Below are positions 39,442 to 50,533 of a stretch of DNA of 62,267 nucleotides, one piece after another. Position 1 is the stretch's first letter; each line of letters starts with the position of its first letter. The translations under genes and the position numbers were made by a program. The notes beneath the pieces are model-generated. The model worked only from the letters and a program-made list of their open reading frames with translations, had not been told where the DNA came from and did no database searches. This DNA is from Muribaculaceae bacterium (lineage in GTDB: Bacteria; Bacteroidota; Bacteroidia; Bacteroidales; G3-4614), in contig JAFYRT010000015.1 in NCBI GenBank assembly GCA_017546805.1, positions 1 through 62,267 on the forward strand, given 5' to 3'.

Positions 39442-39447
39442 GAAGTC

Positions 39448-39548
39448 TAAAAAGCGTATTTCTTCGTTATGCTCGCTTTCGAAATCCTCATTTACGTTTA
39501 GTAAACTGCGGTTTCTTGAGCATCGCAAGCCTTGAACTACAACTTTTT
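39448..39548 (+). ncRNA. structured intergenic repeat family B (Flavo-1-like)
   Basis: CGTT...CTCATTTAC-loop-GTAAACTGCG...GCCTTGA pattern; family name is from recall only. Confidence 0.45.
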
Positions 39549-40734
39549 ATCTTCTTATTCGCCAAGTATAGTTTCTGTACGAACTGTTTTTGCCAAGAAT
39601 GGCAAAGCGGATATTCTCTATGGGGCGAATAAAATCGTAAAAGAGAGTCTCAAAACCGTTAACACCACAGTTTAATGTTTTTGAGGCTCTGTTTATAATA
39701 ATACTTTGACTCAAATATCTTATTGCAAACATGCTAATAGCTATTGTGTATAGCAAATAGTTGGAGATTATTCCCCATACAACAATTGCAATAAAGCTGA
39801 TATAAAACAAAATACAACTTATCTGCTCAATTCCAAAAACAAAATGAGCCGAAGTCTTTAAAATCTTATCTGTAAAAGAGCGTCTTAAACGCATCTCTCT
39901 CAAATCTCCGTTAATATCGTACATTCTATTTTCAATAGCAGCTTCGCTCGATAGTTCAACGCGACAATTCTCCTTTGTCATAATCTCGTTGGCAAAAATA
40001 TCATCTTCGCCATACTGAACCGATAGGTTGCTCGAAAAGCCTCTGTTGTTAAAGAACAACTCTTTTCTAATAAACATATTTGTTCCCTCTCCCATATAGG
40101 GGCGACGCATGATTGCATAGCTGAAAAATTTTAGCTTAAAGAATAGACGATAAAATCTATAACTCCACTTGGCTTTCTCTTCGCCCAACTCATAGCTGTT
40201 GCCAATAACAATATCGATGTCGGTAATAAAGTTTCTAATCATCTTAGCCAACCATTTGTTAGAAGTTGGGCGACAGAAAGCGTCTGTAAAACCAACAATG
40301 TCATATTTTGTGGCTTTAATACCTACGGTTAGGGCAAGTTTCTTTCTGCTTAACGAATGAGCCTCTCTGGGAACATATGTGTAGCTCAAATTGGGGTATC
40401 TCTCTTTAAGAAGAGTTACCGTATCCTTTAAGTCGCTATCATCTCCGTCATTAACAATAACAACCTCAAAGTTGGGGTAATCTTGTTCTAAAAAGGCAAT
40501 AATGTGTTGCCCTATATCGTCAAAATTCTCATTGCAATATACAATCACCGAAACATTAGGTTTGGCAGCACTGTGCCAAAATTTTCCCTTCTCGCTCTTT
40601 TTTGCATAACGTGTAGGTTTTGCAAACATAGCAATATAGAAGAAGCATTGAATAAACCAAATGAAAGCAAGCGATGCCAAACCCCAAAGTTCGGCAGTAG
40701 AGAAATTTTCGATAAAAAAGTTATATATATACAT
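39547..40734 (-). CDS. family 2 glycosyltransferase, membrane-bound
   Basis: QDYPNFEVVIVND, KKLAL..G, FTDA, GEDD. Confidence 0.88.
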   Translation of the reverse strand: MYIYNFFIENFSTAELWGLASLAFIWFIQCFFYIAMFAKPTRYAKKSEKGKFWHSAAKPNVSVIVYCNENFDDIGQHIIAFLEQDYPNFEVVIVNDGDDSDLKDTVTLLKERYPNLSYTYVPREAHSLSRKKLALTVGIKATKYDIVGFTDAFCRPTSNKWLAKMIRNFITDIDIVIGNSYELGEEKAKWSYRFYRLFFKLKFFSYAIMRRPYMGEGTNMFIRKELFFNNRGFSSNLSVQYGEDDIFANEIMTKENCRVELSSEAAIENRMYDINGDLREMRLRRSFTDKILKTSAHFVFGIEQISCILFYISFIAIVVWGIISNYLLYTIAISMFAIRYLSQSIIINRASKTLNCGVNGFETLFYDFIRPIENIRFAILGKNSSYRNYTWRIRR

Positions 40735-40766
40735 TATTATTTAGTAAAAATCAGATGAATATCTAA

Positions 40767-41513
40767 CTACAAAAGTTCGTTGTTTTTAATAGCAGGAGCA
40801 AGTCTCTCGGCAATTGAGGGATACTCTTTAGAGCGCAGAAAACGATTTATAACCTCAACGTGCCCAAAGTGGTGGAGGTCAGTACCTACAAACGAAACGT
40901 ACCCTCTGTTTGCCAACCATAGAGCTGTCTCTTTTTCTCTGTCTCCGTAATAACCAGCCAAAGAAAGAAGGTTGATTTGAAATTCGCAACCGGCGTTAAA
41001 CAGTTCGTCATAAACCTCTTTCTTGCGTTGGTAGTAACCATAGCGTTCGGGGTGGGCAAGAATAGGCTTTATATCCTTGAGTTGAAGCTCATATATGATA
41101 TTCTTTAAGTCGATAGGTGGCTGAACAAACGAGTTCTCGATTAATAGATAATTGTTTGGCATAACAAGCAGATTATCATCCTCAATCATTTTTCTGAATC
41201 TGTCATCAATTCTGTGTTCGGCAGAGAATTTTACTTCCATTTCCGTTCCCGTATCAAGCATTCGGGTAGAAAGTTTATCGTAGGCATTTTTGATGCTTTG
41301 AGGAGTGTTTTCAAAATTCTCTTCTGCAATATGCGGAGTTGCAATAATCGCGGTTATACCCCAACTTTTCATTGCATCCAAAAGGGCTATTGATACATCG
41401 GTGTTTGGCGAACCATCATCTATGCCCGGAAGAACATGTGAATGAATATCAGTAGAGTAAAAAAGTTTTTGAGGCTCAGCCTTTTCTTTCTTTTTAAAGA
41501 AATTGAATAACAT
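40767..41513 (-). CDS. CpsB/CapC-type PHP protein-tyrosine phosphatase
   Basis: DIHSHVLPGIDDGS, ATPH, LAHPERY, GTDLH. Confidence 0.92.
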   Translation of the reverse strand: MLFNFFKKKEKAEPQKLFYSTDIHSHVLPGIDDGSPNTDVSIALLDAMKSWGITAIIATPHIAEENFENTPQSIKNAYDKLSTRMLDTGTEMEVKFSAEHRIDDRFRKMIEDDNLLVMPNNYLLIENSFVQPPIDLKNIIYELQLKDIKPILAHPERYGYYQRKKEVYDELFNAGCEFQINLLSLAGYYGDREKETALWLANRGYVSFVGTDLHHFGHVEVINRFLRSKEYPSIAERLAPAIKNNELL

Positions 41514-41745
41514 TATCTTATTTGCTATTAAAAACTAATGCGAAGATACTACTTTTTTTTGAGAGACGAAAGCCTCTTTTTATATATAAAGATGAGCTAT
41601 TGAGAATTATTCAATAAAAAAGAGTATAAAACTTTTTGCCAAGTAAAAAATTTTGAGTACCTTTGCGTGCCATTACGAGAGAACTATATATGCACGCCAC
41701 CAACGTGCTACTAATTTCGGAAACAATTAAAAATACAATATAACA

Positions 41746-42003
41746 ATGAAAAAAGGACTTCACCCCGAAAATTACCGCGAGGTTGTTTTCAAAGATATGT
41801 CGAACGAGGAGATCTTCATCACACGTTCAACAGTAGCAACAAAAGAGACAATTGAGGTTGATGGTGTAACTTATCCTTTGGTAAAACTTGAGATTACCAA
41901 TACTTCACACCCATTCTTCACAGGTAAACAAAAACTTGTCGATACAGCAGGTCGCGTAGACAAGTTCATGAGCCGTTACGCAAAATTTGCGAAGAAGAAA
42001 TAA
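41746..42003 (+). CDS. rpmE2: 50S ribosomal protein L31 type B
   Basis: [25 protein letters not shown]; -7 promoter element at 41658-41665. Confidence 0.97.
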   Translation: MKKGLHPENYREVVFKDMSNEEIFITRSTVATKETIEVDGVTYPLVKLEITNTSHPFFTGKQKLVDTAGRVDKFMSRYAKFAKKK

Positions 42004-42020
42004 TTGTTATAAACAATATA

Positions 42021-42055
42021 AAGAGAGCCTCGCTTAATAGCAAGGCTCTCTTTTT
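42021..42055 (+). terminator. rpmE2 terminator
   Basis: AAGAGAGCCT-loop-AGGCTCTCTTTTT. Confidence 0.8.
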
Positions 42056-42077
42056 GTTTGTATGCCTTTATTATAAA

Positions 42078-42186
42078 AGGCAATCTACGTTGTTATTATC
42101 AATATTCTACCTCAGTCACGTACTTTTGTGTACGCTCCTTTCGATCTAAATCTCAAAGCCTTGTATCTTACAAATTCTAACAACCC
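42078..42186 (+). repeat. structured intergenic repeat family B
   Basis: CTCAGTCACGTAC-loop-GTACGCTCCTTTCG...GCCTTGTA; reverse-complement homolog at 57634-57745. Confidence 0.65.
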
Positions 42187-42392
42187 TTATCAACGCACAT
42201 ATATAATTAGCAATCTGCTTTGGGGACAATAAAAAATTAGACCAATTAGTCAATTGGGCATTATAAGGATGCGAACCAAAAATCACCTTTTAGCCCTTCT
42301 CTTGGGCGTAGGAGATTAATTGCTAAATTTATAATCTATTAGAAGTTTGTTATATATTTTAGAAAGAAAGGAATACAATAAGAAAAAATATT

Positions 42393-42400
42393 TATCTTTG
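42393..42400 (+). promoter_or_regulatory. -7 promoter element upstream of leader copy 2
   Basis: TATCTTTG. Confidence 0.55.
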
Positions 42401-42456
42401 TAATGGTGAATTGAAATAATTCATCAATTTTTGAGAAATAGTAGCGTTATGCTCTC

Positions 42457-42608
42457 TTGTTAATGAAAACCTAGGAAATTTTCAAAAGTACAAAGAAGGC
42501 ATGATGGTTTCACGTGTATTCACGTGGACTGTTATATCCATATTTGTACTTTGGGTTTTCCTAGGACCTTCATTAGCAATGTGGAATAAATAGTCCACGT
42601 TTCTTTTT
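42457..42608 (+). promoter_or_regulatory. structured leader / attenuator-like element, copy 2
   Basis: TTGTTAATGAA/TTCATTAGCAA, CCTAGGAAA/TTTCCTAGG, AAAGTACAAA/TTTGTACTTT, TCACG/CGTGG; terminator ATGTGGA/TCCACGT plus T tract. Confidence 0.7.
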
Positions 42609-42647
42609 ATAAATTTTTCAGTTTTTAATTTCTAAAAATTATTTATT

Positions 42648-45233
42648 ATGGCAAGAGAAAATGTGCCTATAAAAGTAGGAATCCTTGATTTATTAGGTGG
42701 TGTTAATGGTGCACAATTTGTAATACCTGCATATCAAAGGAATTATACATGGACGGCAAAGAAAGAAGTTCATCAATTGCTTTATGATTTATTGGCAGTG
42801 TTGACCAAAGAACGTTCTAAACATTTTGTTGGAATAATGATTTATCTTGAAAAATCAATTACTCCGTTTCATTGGGAACGTTCTGTTATTGATGGACAGC
42901 AGCGTTTAACAACTATCTTTTTAACTCTATATGCGGTAAAGGAATTAATGATTGAAAAGGGGATAGCTTTAGATGCAGAAAAGTTAGAGAATCAATATTT
43001 GATAAATCCTTATGATGAGGTTAGTAAATTTAAACTGAAACCCTTGGTCTCTGACGATGAAGTATATCAGCATATAGTAAAAAGAGATTTTGTTAACATA
43101 AAAAATAGGAATTCTAATGTATATAAGAATTTTATCTATATAAAAGACGTGTTAAGAGATGTTTCAGAGAAATATTCTTTTAATGATATTCTTAGAGCTT
43201 TAAATAATTTGTATATAGTATGTGTTCCGATAGGAGAGGATGATTATCCTCAAAAAATATTTGAGAGTATTAATGCTACAGGAATAAAGCTTACAGCTTC
43301 AGATCTTATTCGTAATTTCCTTTTGATGCCTATTGTTAGCGATAAGCAAGATGAATATTACGAAAAATATTGGAAGCAAATTGAAGAACTTGTTGATTAT
43401 GATGCAAAAAAATTAGAAGCATTCTTTCGCTTTTTTATAATGGCAAAAAAAAGAAGTCTTGTTAATAAAAATGCAGTTTATCAACAATTTACAAAATGGT
43501 ATGATGAATATATTATAAATGTTGATATAGAAGACGTCTTTATTGAAATAGTAAATTATGCTAAGTGCTATAATTATTTATATAAAGCTCCGATAGATAA
43601 ACTAGACAAAGATTTAAGAGAATCCATTTTTGAGTTTAGACTTAACTTATCTGATATGCCAGCTCCATTATTAATGGAATTGTATTCAATACATTTATAC
43701 CATTGTGATAACAATGAAAATGAGTTGTCTGCAAAACAATTGTCAGAAATTATTACAATTTTGAATTCATATTTGATGCGTCGCTCTTTGTGTGGTATGG
43801 ATACTAGTGATATATCAAATTATTTCCCTGAATTATTAAGAAGTTTGCTAAATTTCTGCAATGCAGATTATTCTGACATTGTTGAAACTTTTAAACGTTT
43901 CTTGGTAGATAATAATCGCTCTAATGCAAGAGAAATGCCAGATGATAAACGCTTAGTAGAGCGAATAAAGCATGCGAATATGTATAGGTTAAGACAGTGG
44001 GTGAATATATTTTTTCGTAAGTTAGAATCAGATGGAAATCCTGCTCCAGTAGATTTTTCCGCTTTGAGTATTGAGCATTTAATGCCTCAGACACCAACTA
44101 AGTTATGGATGGTAAGCTTGGAGTGTGATGAAGATTCTTATGAGTCAAATGTTAATAGATTAGGGAATTTAACATTAGCTGCGAAATCTGATAATAGTAG
44201 GATGAGTAATAATGTTTGGGAGTATAAGAATAAAATTCTTGCATCAACAAACCATCTAAAGATGAATTCAACTCTATTAGCATGTGATAGATGGAAATTA
44301 GAAAATATAGAGAATAGAACAGATGAACTAATAAAAGAAATTGCTCGTTTGTATCCGTATTACAGCAGTAAGGCAGGTTTTAAAACTTTTCCGTCAAAGA
44401 AAATAGATAGACTCAAAATTTTTATAGAAGATTATGGAATTAAGGCCTCGGCATATTACTATCCTGAGACAGATGCGGTTGAAGTTAAAGCTGGATCTAT
44501 ATTGAGAAATGTAAATGAAGAAGATGATTTTGCAAAACTTTTATCTCCTTTTAGGGAAATGTTACTAAAAAATGGGAGACTCCATAAGGAAAATGATAAG
44601 TTGGTGTTTGCTCAAAATTATCTTTTTGAAAAAGAAGGCTTGGGAATGTCTGCGACTATAATACTCTCTGAATATATTAAGGATCCTGAAATTATTTGGC
44701 ATTTGGCAAATGGATCAACATTGAAAGAATGGAAAGATGCTAGGAGTAATGAATCAATCGAAACTGTTGAAGAAAATTTTGCAGAAAGTGATAGTATAGA
44801 TATTATTTTAAATCATAAGGTAGGAAGTAGATTATTGTTGCAAACGAAAAAAGTTGATTGGTCTTTAATGACAAGTTCTATAACATTATCGAATGAATGT
44901 AGAGAAAAAATTCAAAGTAATGGTGATTGGCGAATGAAAATAAATGAGCGGCGTAACGTGAAAATAATAATAAATGATGAATATTTTGATTCATATATGC
45001 ACTATTATAATTATGATGGTCGTCCTAATCCTGTAATGCAAATAAGATACCCTGGTAGAAAAAGTTTAATTGTTAGTAGGCTTAAAGATATATGCTCTGA
45101 AAAGTATTATGATTTGGAACAAAAACGCTTAAGCGAGGAAAATGGAATAATATATAAAGAGACATCAGGAGATAGATATGTCCATATTTATATGACGGAA
45201 AAACCAAATGTGATTAGGTTTGTTTTTAAGTAA
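42648..45233 (+). CDS. GmrSD-like type IV restriction protein (DUF262 + DUF1524 HNH) with extra C-terminal domains
   Basis: IPAYQRNYTW, IDGQQRLTT, FESINATG, SIEHLMPQ, LGNLTL...N; AT-rich. Confidence 0.85.
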   Translation: MARENVPIKVGILDLLGGVNGAQFVIPAYQRNYTWTAKKEVHQLLYDLLAVLTKERSKHFVGIMIYLEKSITPFHWERSVIDGQQRLTTIFLTLYAVKELMIEKGIALDAEKLENQYLINPYDEVSKFKLKPLVSDDEVYQHIVKRDFVNIKNRNSNVYKNFIYIKDVLRDVSEKYSFNDILRALNNLYIVCVPIGEDDYPQKIFESINATGIKLTASDLIRNFLLMPIVSDKQDEYYEKYWKQIEELVDYDAKKLEAFFRFFIMAKKRSLVNKNAVYQQFTKWYDEYIINVDIEDVFIEIVNYAKCYNYLYKAPIDKLDKDLRESIFEFRLNLSDMPAPLLMELYSIHLYHCDNNENELSAKQLSEIITILNSYLMRRSLCGMDTSDISNYFPELLRSLLNFCNADYSDIVETFKRFLVDNNRSNAREMPDDKRLVERIKHANMYRLRQWVNIFFRKLESDGNPAPVDFSALSIEHLMPQTPTKLWMVSLECDEDSYESNVNRLGNLTLAAKSDNSRMSNNVWEYKNKILASTNHLKMNSTLLACDRWKLENIENRTDELIKEIARLYPYYSSKAGFKTFPSKKIDRLKIFIEDYGIKASAYYYPETDAVEVKAGSILRNVNEEDDFAKLLSPFREMLLKNGRLHKENDKLVFAQNYLFEKEGLGMSATIILSEYIKDPEIIWHLANGSTLKEWKDARSNESIETVEENFAESDSIDIILNHKVGSRLLLQTKKVDWSLMTSSITLSNECREKIQSNGDWRMKINERRNVKIIINDEYFDSYMHYYNYDGRPNPVMQIRYPGRKSLIVSRLKDICSEKYYDLEQKRLSEENGIIYKETSGDRYVHIYMTEKPNVIRFVFK

Positions 45234-45266
45234 TTTTTTCAGAAAATTACCATTAATCGATTATAC

Positions 45267-45304
45267 AAATAGCCCCAAAGTTTGTAAAAGCTTTGGGGCT
45301 ATTT
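45267..45304. terminator. bidirectional terminator
   Basis: AAATAGCCCCAAAG-loop-CTTTGGGGCTATTT. Confidence 0.8.
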
Positions 45305-45319
45305 CTTGGGGATAGGAGA

Positions 45320-47908
45320 TTAATTTCTAATAATCAGTTCGTCGTTCTGAGCATCTATGGTAATTGGTTTGCTTCTATCAACCTTTTGAGCAAGAAGTTC
45401 TTTAGAAAGGTGGTTAAGTACGTCGCGGTGAATAACTCTCTTAACAGGTCTTGCGCCAAATTGAGGATCGTAACCCTCGTGGGCGATATATTTAACAGCC
45501 TCGGGGGTAAAGTTAAGGGTAATGCCGTTTTGCGCCAATAGTTTTTTAACTCCGTTCAATTGAATCGAAACAATCTCTCCAATTTCCTCTTCGTTAAGAG
45601 GAGCAAACATTATAATATCATCAATACGATTTAGAAACTCAGGACGAACACTCTGTTTCAATAACTCCATCACTTCGTTTTTGCTCTTTTCGATAATCTC
45701 CTCTTTGTTTGTTGAGTTTAGCTTCTCAAAGTTTTCGCGAATAAGAGAAGAACCGATGTTCGATGTCATTATAATAATGGTATTTTTAAAGTTTACCAAG
45801 CGTCCTTTGTTGTCAGTTAAACGACCATCGTCAAGTACTTGGAGCAATGTGTTGAACACATCTGGGTGAGCCTTCTCAATTTCGTCGAAAAGCACAACCG
45901 AGTAGGGTTTTCTTCTAATGGCTTCGGTAAGTTGACCTCCTTCGTCATAACCAACATATCCTGGAGGAGAACCAATGAGACGAGTAACGCTGAATTTCTC
46001 TTGATACTCGCTCATGTCAATACGAGTCATCATATTTTCGTCGTCAAACAGATACTCGGCAAGAGCCTTTGCAAGTTCGGTTTTACCCACACCTGTAGTT
46101 CCTAAAAATATAAATGAACCTATCGGACGTTTGGGGTCGCTCAAACCAGCTCTACTGCGTCTTACAGCATCCGAAACCGCAGTAATGGCCTCCTCTTGAC
46201 CAACCACTCTGTTGTGTAGCTCCTCCTCAAGGTTCAGGAGTTTCTCTCGTTCGCTTTGCAACATCTTAGTGACAGGAATACCCGTCCAGCGAGATACAAC
46301 ATCTGCAATATCATCAGCGGTGACCTCCTCTTTAATCATTGCATCATCGCCTTGCAATGTTTTAAGACGTTCCTGAGTCTCTTTAATTTCATTCTCTTTA
46401 GCAACAATTTTTGCATATCTTATCTCTGCAACCTTGCCATAATCACCCTCACGTTCGGCCTTTTCAGCCTCGTATTTAAGATGCTCAATATCAATTTTGT
46501 TTTGCTGTATCTTGTTAACCAACTCTTTTTCCGAGTTCCATTTTGCGCTATAACGCATCTCCTCCTCTTTAAGATTTGCGATAGAACGGTTAAGTTCCTC
46601 TAATTTCGCTTTATCGTTTTCGCGTTTAATAGCCTCTCGTTCAATTTCAAGTTGCTTAATCTTACGGCTTGTTTCATCAAGTTCTTCAGGAACAGAGTCC
46701 ACCTCCAAACGAAGTTTAGCGGCAGCCTCGTCCATAAGGTCAATGGCTTTGTCGGGTAAGAAGCGGTCTGTGATATATCGTGATGATAGTTGTACGGCAG
46801 CAATAATAGCCTCGTCTTTAATCCTTACTTTATGGTGATTCTCATATCTCTCTTTCAAGCCTCTTAAAATTGAGATTGTATTTGCCTCATCTGGTTCATC
46901 AACCATGACAATTTGGAAACGACGCTCGAGAGCCTTGTCTTTCTCAAAATATTTTTGGTATTCGTCAAGAGTGGTGGCACCTATCGAACGAAGCTCGCCA
47001 CGAGCCAAAGCAGGTTTCAGAATATTTGCTGCATCCATTGCGCCCTCTCCTTTACCTGCACCAACAAGAGTGTGAATCTCATCTATAAACAAAATTATCT
47101 CTCCTTCGGCATGTATAACCTCGTTTACAACAGCTTTAAGACGCTCCTCAAATTCACCTTTGTATTTTGCTCCTGCAACAAGGGCTCCCATATCCAACGA
47201 GAAAATCTCTTTTCTCTTAAGGTTCTCGGGAACATCGCCTCTTACAATTCTATGAGCAAGTCCCTCGGCAATAGCCGTTTTACCGGTACCGGGTTCTCCA
47301 ATAAGAATAGGATTGTTTTTAGTTCTACGGCTTAATATTTGAAGTACTCTACGAATCTCATCATCTCTACCAATAACGGGGTCTAACTTGCCATCTCTTG
47401 CACGTTCGTTAAGATTAATGGCATATTTCGATAGCGCATTATACGTCTCCTCTGCACTTGCATCATTAACCTTTTTGCCTTTTCTAAGTTCATCAATGGC
47501 ACTTCCAAGTCCCTTTTCGGTAATGCCTGCGTCTTTCAAAAACTGACTGACTCTGTTTTTTACCATTACCAAAGACATAATGATGCTTTCCAAAGCAACA
47601 AATTGGTCTCCACATTTTTTAGAATACTCCTCGGCTTTGGTTAAAACCTCATTACATTCACGGCTTAAATAAGGTTCTCCGCCATTGACTTTTGGTAAAG
47701 TATTAATCTCTCTATCTACTAAATTTGTCAATAACGAGACATTTGCTCCCAATTTGTTAAAAAGGAATTCGGCAACAGAGCCTTCAATCCCCATAACGCC
47801 TTTGAGCAAGTGAAGTGTCTCGATAGACTGATTGTTGTTTCTGTTAGCAATCTCAACGGCCTTTTGAATAGCCTCTTGCGATTTAATTGTAAAGTTGTTC
47901 ATATTCAT
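45320..47908 (-). CDS. clpB: ATP-dependent chaperone ClpB
   Basis: Two AAA modules ([16 protein letters not shown]) and coiled-coil middle domain. Confidence 0.97.
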   Translation of the reverse strand: MNMNNFTIKSQEAIQKAVEIANRNNNQSIETLHLLKGVMGIEGSVAEFLFNKLGANVSLLTNLVDREINTLPKVNGGEPYLSRECNEVLTKAEEYSKKCGDQFVALESIIMSLVMVKNRVSQFLKDAGITEKGLGSAIDELRKGKKVNDASAEETYNALSKYAINLNERARDGKLDPVIGRDDEIRRVLQILSRRTKNNPILIGEPGTGKTAIAEGLAHRIVRGDVPENLKRKEIFSLDMGALVAGAKYKGEFEERLKAVVNEVIHAEGEIILFIDEIHTLVGAGKGEGAMDAANILKPALARGELRSIGATTLDEYQKYFEKDKALERRFQIVMVDEPDEANTISILRGLKERYENHHKVRIKDEAIIAAVQLSSRYITDRFLPDKAIDLMDEAAAKLRLEVDSVPEELDETSRKIKQLEIEREAIKRENDKAKLEELNRSIANLKEEEMRYSAKWNSEKELVNKIQQNKIDIEHLKYEAEKAEREGDYGKVAEIRYAKIVAKENEIKETQERLKTLQGDDAMIKEEVTADDIADVVSRWTGIPVTKMLQSEREKLLNLEEELHNRVVGQEEAITAVSDAVRRSRAGLSDPKRPIGSFIFLGTTGVGKTELAKALAEYLFDDENMMTRIDMSEYQEKFSVTRLIGSPPGYVGYDEGGQLTEAIRRKPYSVVLFDEIEKAHPDVFNTLLQVLDDGRLTDNKGRLVNFKNTIIIMTSNIGSSLIRENFEKLNSTNKEEIIEKSKNEVMELLKQSVRPEFLNRIDDIIMFAPLNEEEIGEIVSIQLNGVKKLLAQNGITLNFTPEAVKYIAHEGYDPQFGARPVKRVIHRDVLNHLSKELLAQKVDRSKPITIDAQNDELIIRN

Positions 47909-48196
47909 AACTCAAATCTCCTTTCGGTAACAAATGTTTTTACTTCAATAATAACAAACTAAATGCCATTGGGTTTTAAATGACAAAATGTCTGTTTTTC
48001 AGATGTTTATAACTAATATGTGTCACTATTGTTTTCAGAACTCGTTGAAATTTTGCAAGTTGCGTAACTGACAAAAAGACATGTTTTTAAAGAGTTTGAA
48101 ATAATAAAGGGTGTTTACTTGTCATATGTTAAAAAAATAAATAGTTCAAACTCTATATATTTCGCTCTCGTTTCACTATCTTTGCATAAGTGAATA

Positions 48197-49354
48197 ATGT
48201 CAACCAACGACGCAAATACACCTATGGAATTTGAACTGATAAAAAACGATATATGCAGTAATGCAAGAGCAGGAGTGATAACCACTTCTCATGGAAAAAT
48301 TGAAACACCAATATTCATGCCTGTAGGAACGGCGGCAACTGTAAAATGCTGTCATCGTCATGAATTGGAAGAAGATATAAATGCTCCAATAATATTGGGA
48401 AACACATACCATTTGTATCTTCGTCCGGGGCTTGATATATTAAGAAGCGCGGGTGGTTTGCATGGATTTTCGGGATGGAACAGAGCCATGCTTACAGATA
48501 GTGGAGGATTTCAAGTATTTTCACTTTCAGGAAATAGAAAATTAAAAGAGGAGGGAGTACACTTCCGCTCACACATCGATGGAAGCAAACATCTCTTTAC
48601 GCCCGAAAACGTAGTTGACATTCAACGAGTAATAGGTGCAGATATAATGATGGCATTGGATGAGTGTACACCAGGAACAGCCGATTTCTCGTATGCAAAA
48701 AAATCGTTGGATTTAACCATGCGTTGGTTGCAACGAGGATGGAAACACTTCAACGAAACAGAACCATTATACGGACATAGTCAAACATTCTTTCCCATAG
48801 TGCAAGGATGCGTATATCCCGAACTGCGTTGTCGTGCAGCCGAGGAGGTTGCTGCACTTGGAGCAGAGGGTAATGCCATTGGTGGATTGGCAGTTGGTGA
48901 GCCTGCCGAGCAGATGTATGAGATGATTGAGGTTGTAAACGAAATACTACCAAAAGACAAACCTCGTTACCTTATGGGAGTAGGAACACCAGCCAACATA
49001 CTTGAGGCAATAGAACGAGGAGTGGATATGTTCGATTGTGTGATGCCAACCCGCAACGGACGCAACGCAATGCTATTTACTCGCAATGGAATAATGAATA
49101 TGCGAAACAAAAAGTGGGCAACCGATTTCTCGCCGATAGAGGAGGGAGGAGCATCATATGTCGATGAAGCATATACAAAAGCCTATCTTCGTCACCTATT
49201 CATCAGCGACGAATTCTTGGCAATGCAGATAGCATCGTTACACAATTTGGCATTCTATCTATGGTTGGTTCGCGAGGCACGTCGTCAAATACTTGCAGGA
49301 ACATTCAAGCAATGGAAAGACGAGATGATAGTAAGAGTAACAACAAGACTATAA
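48197..49354 (+). CDS. tgt: tRNA-guanine transglycosylase
   Basis: TPIFMPVGT, NTYHL, TDSGGFQVFSL, DMFDCVMPTRNGR; start may be 48224. Confidence 0.97.
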   Translation: MSTNDANTPMEFELIKNDICSNARAGVITTSHGKIETPIFMPVGTAATVKCCHRHELEEDINAPIILGNTYHLYLRPGLDILRSAGGLHGFSGWNRAMLTDSGGFQVFSLSGNRKLKEEGVHFRSHIDGSKHLFTPENVVDIQRVIGADIMMALDECTPGTADFSYAKKSLDLTMRWLQRGWKHFNETEPLYGHSQTFFPIVQGCVYPELRCRAAEEVAALGAEGNAIGGLAVGEPAEQMYEMIEVVNEILPKDKPRYLMGVGTPANILEAIERGVDMFDCVMPTRNGRNAMLFTRNGIMNMRNKKWATDFSPIEEGGASYVDEAYTKAYLRHLFISDEFLAMQIASLHNLAFYLWLVREARRQILAGTFKQWKDEMIVRVTTRL

Positions 49355-49370
49355 AACAACTTTTTTACTT

Positions 49371-50441
49371 ATGCTTAAGAAAATAGACTTTTACATAATA
49401 AAGAAGTTTTTAGGAACATACATATTTGCAATACTATTGATAATATCTATTGCAGTGGTGTTTGATATAAATGAGAAAATCGACGACTTTATAAACGCAC
49501 CATTGAAAGAGATAATCTTTGATTATTATGTAAACTTCATACCCTATTATGCAAACCTGTTCAGTCAGTTGTTTACCTTTATTGCGGTAATATTTTTTAC
49601 ATCGAAATTAGCCGACAACTCTGAGATAATAGCGATACTCTCAAGTGGAATAAGCTTTAAGCGACTAATGGTGCCTTACATGGTATCGGCGGCAATAATA
49701 TCATCGTTGACATTTACGCTAAACAGCTTTGTCATACCACCTGCAAACAAAACCAGAATAGAGTTTCAGAACAAGTATGTATCAAATAAAAAGGTCGATT
49801 ATGCAGCCAATGTTCAGTTGCAGGTATCTCCGGGAGTCATAGCATACATAAACCGATATGACGATAACCTTAAAACAGGCTATCGCTTTTCAATGGAAAA
49901 GTTCGAAGGAAAAAGCCTTAGATCAAAACTAACAGCAGAGTCGATACGTTATGATAGTGCCTACCATTGGATTGTGCGTAACTATACGATACGCGATTTT
50001 GATGGAATGGAGGAGACCTTCCGAAAAGGCACACGTTTAGACACAATTATAACAATAGCGCCGTCCGACTTTTTGATATCGCGTTACGATGCCGAACTTA
50101 TGACAACACCCGAGCTTTATCGATACATAGAAAAACAAAAAGAGCGAGGAGCATCAAACGTAAAGCCCTTTCAGATAGAGTATGAAGGACGTATAGCATC
50201 CATATTTGCCGCATTCATATTAACATCAATAGGAATGTCGCTATCCTCACGAAAAGTAAAAGGAGGCATGGGAGTAAACATTGGAATAGGACTGATATTG
50301 AGTTTTACATACATCATGTTCTCAACAATATCGTCCACATTTGCAACCAATGGCGACATGTCACCGCGATTTGCAGTATGGTTGCCAAATATACTATATA
50401 TAATAATAGCCATTTACCTTTATACAAAAGCACCCAAATAG
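49371..50441 (+). CDS. lptG: LptF/LptG family LPS export permease
   Basis: 3+3 TM topology, SEIIAILSSGIS, W.PN. Confidence 0.85.
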   Translation: MLKKIDFYIIKKFLGTYIFAILLIISIAVVFDINEKIDDFINAPLKEIIFDYYVNFIPYYANLFSQLFTFIAVIFFTSKLADNSEIIAILSSGISFKRLMVPYMVSAAIISSLTFTLNSFVIPPANKTRIEFQNKYVSNKKVDYAANVQLQVSPGVIAYINRYDDNLKTGYRFSMEKFEGKSLRSKLTAESIRYDSAYHWIVRNYTIRDFDGMEETFRKGTRLDTIITIAPSDFLISRYDAELMTTPELYRYIEKQKERGASNVKPFQIEYEGRIASIFAAFILTSIGMSLSSRKVKGGMGVNIGIGLILSFTYIMFSTISSTFATNGDMSPRFAVWLPNILYIIIAIYLYTKAPK

Positions 50442-50533
50442 TACTACTTAAAAACAAATATCAAAAAAACGAGACAAATATTTGTTTTTAAATATCTTTT
50501 GTTGTAAAATTGTATCCCTAAAATAAAAACACA

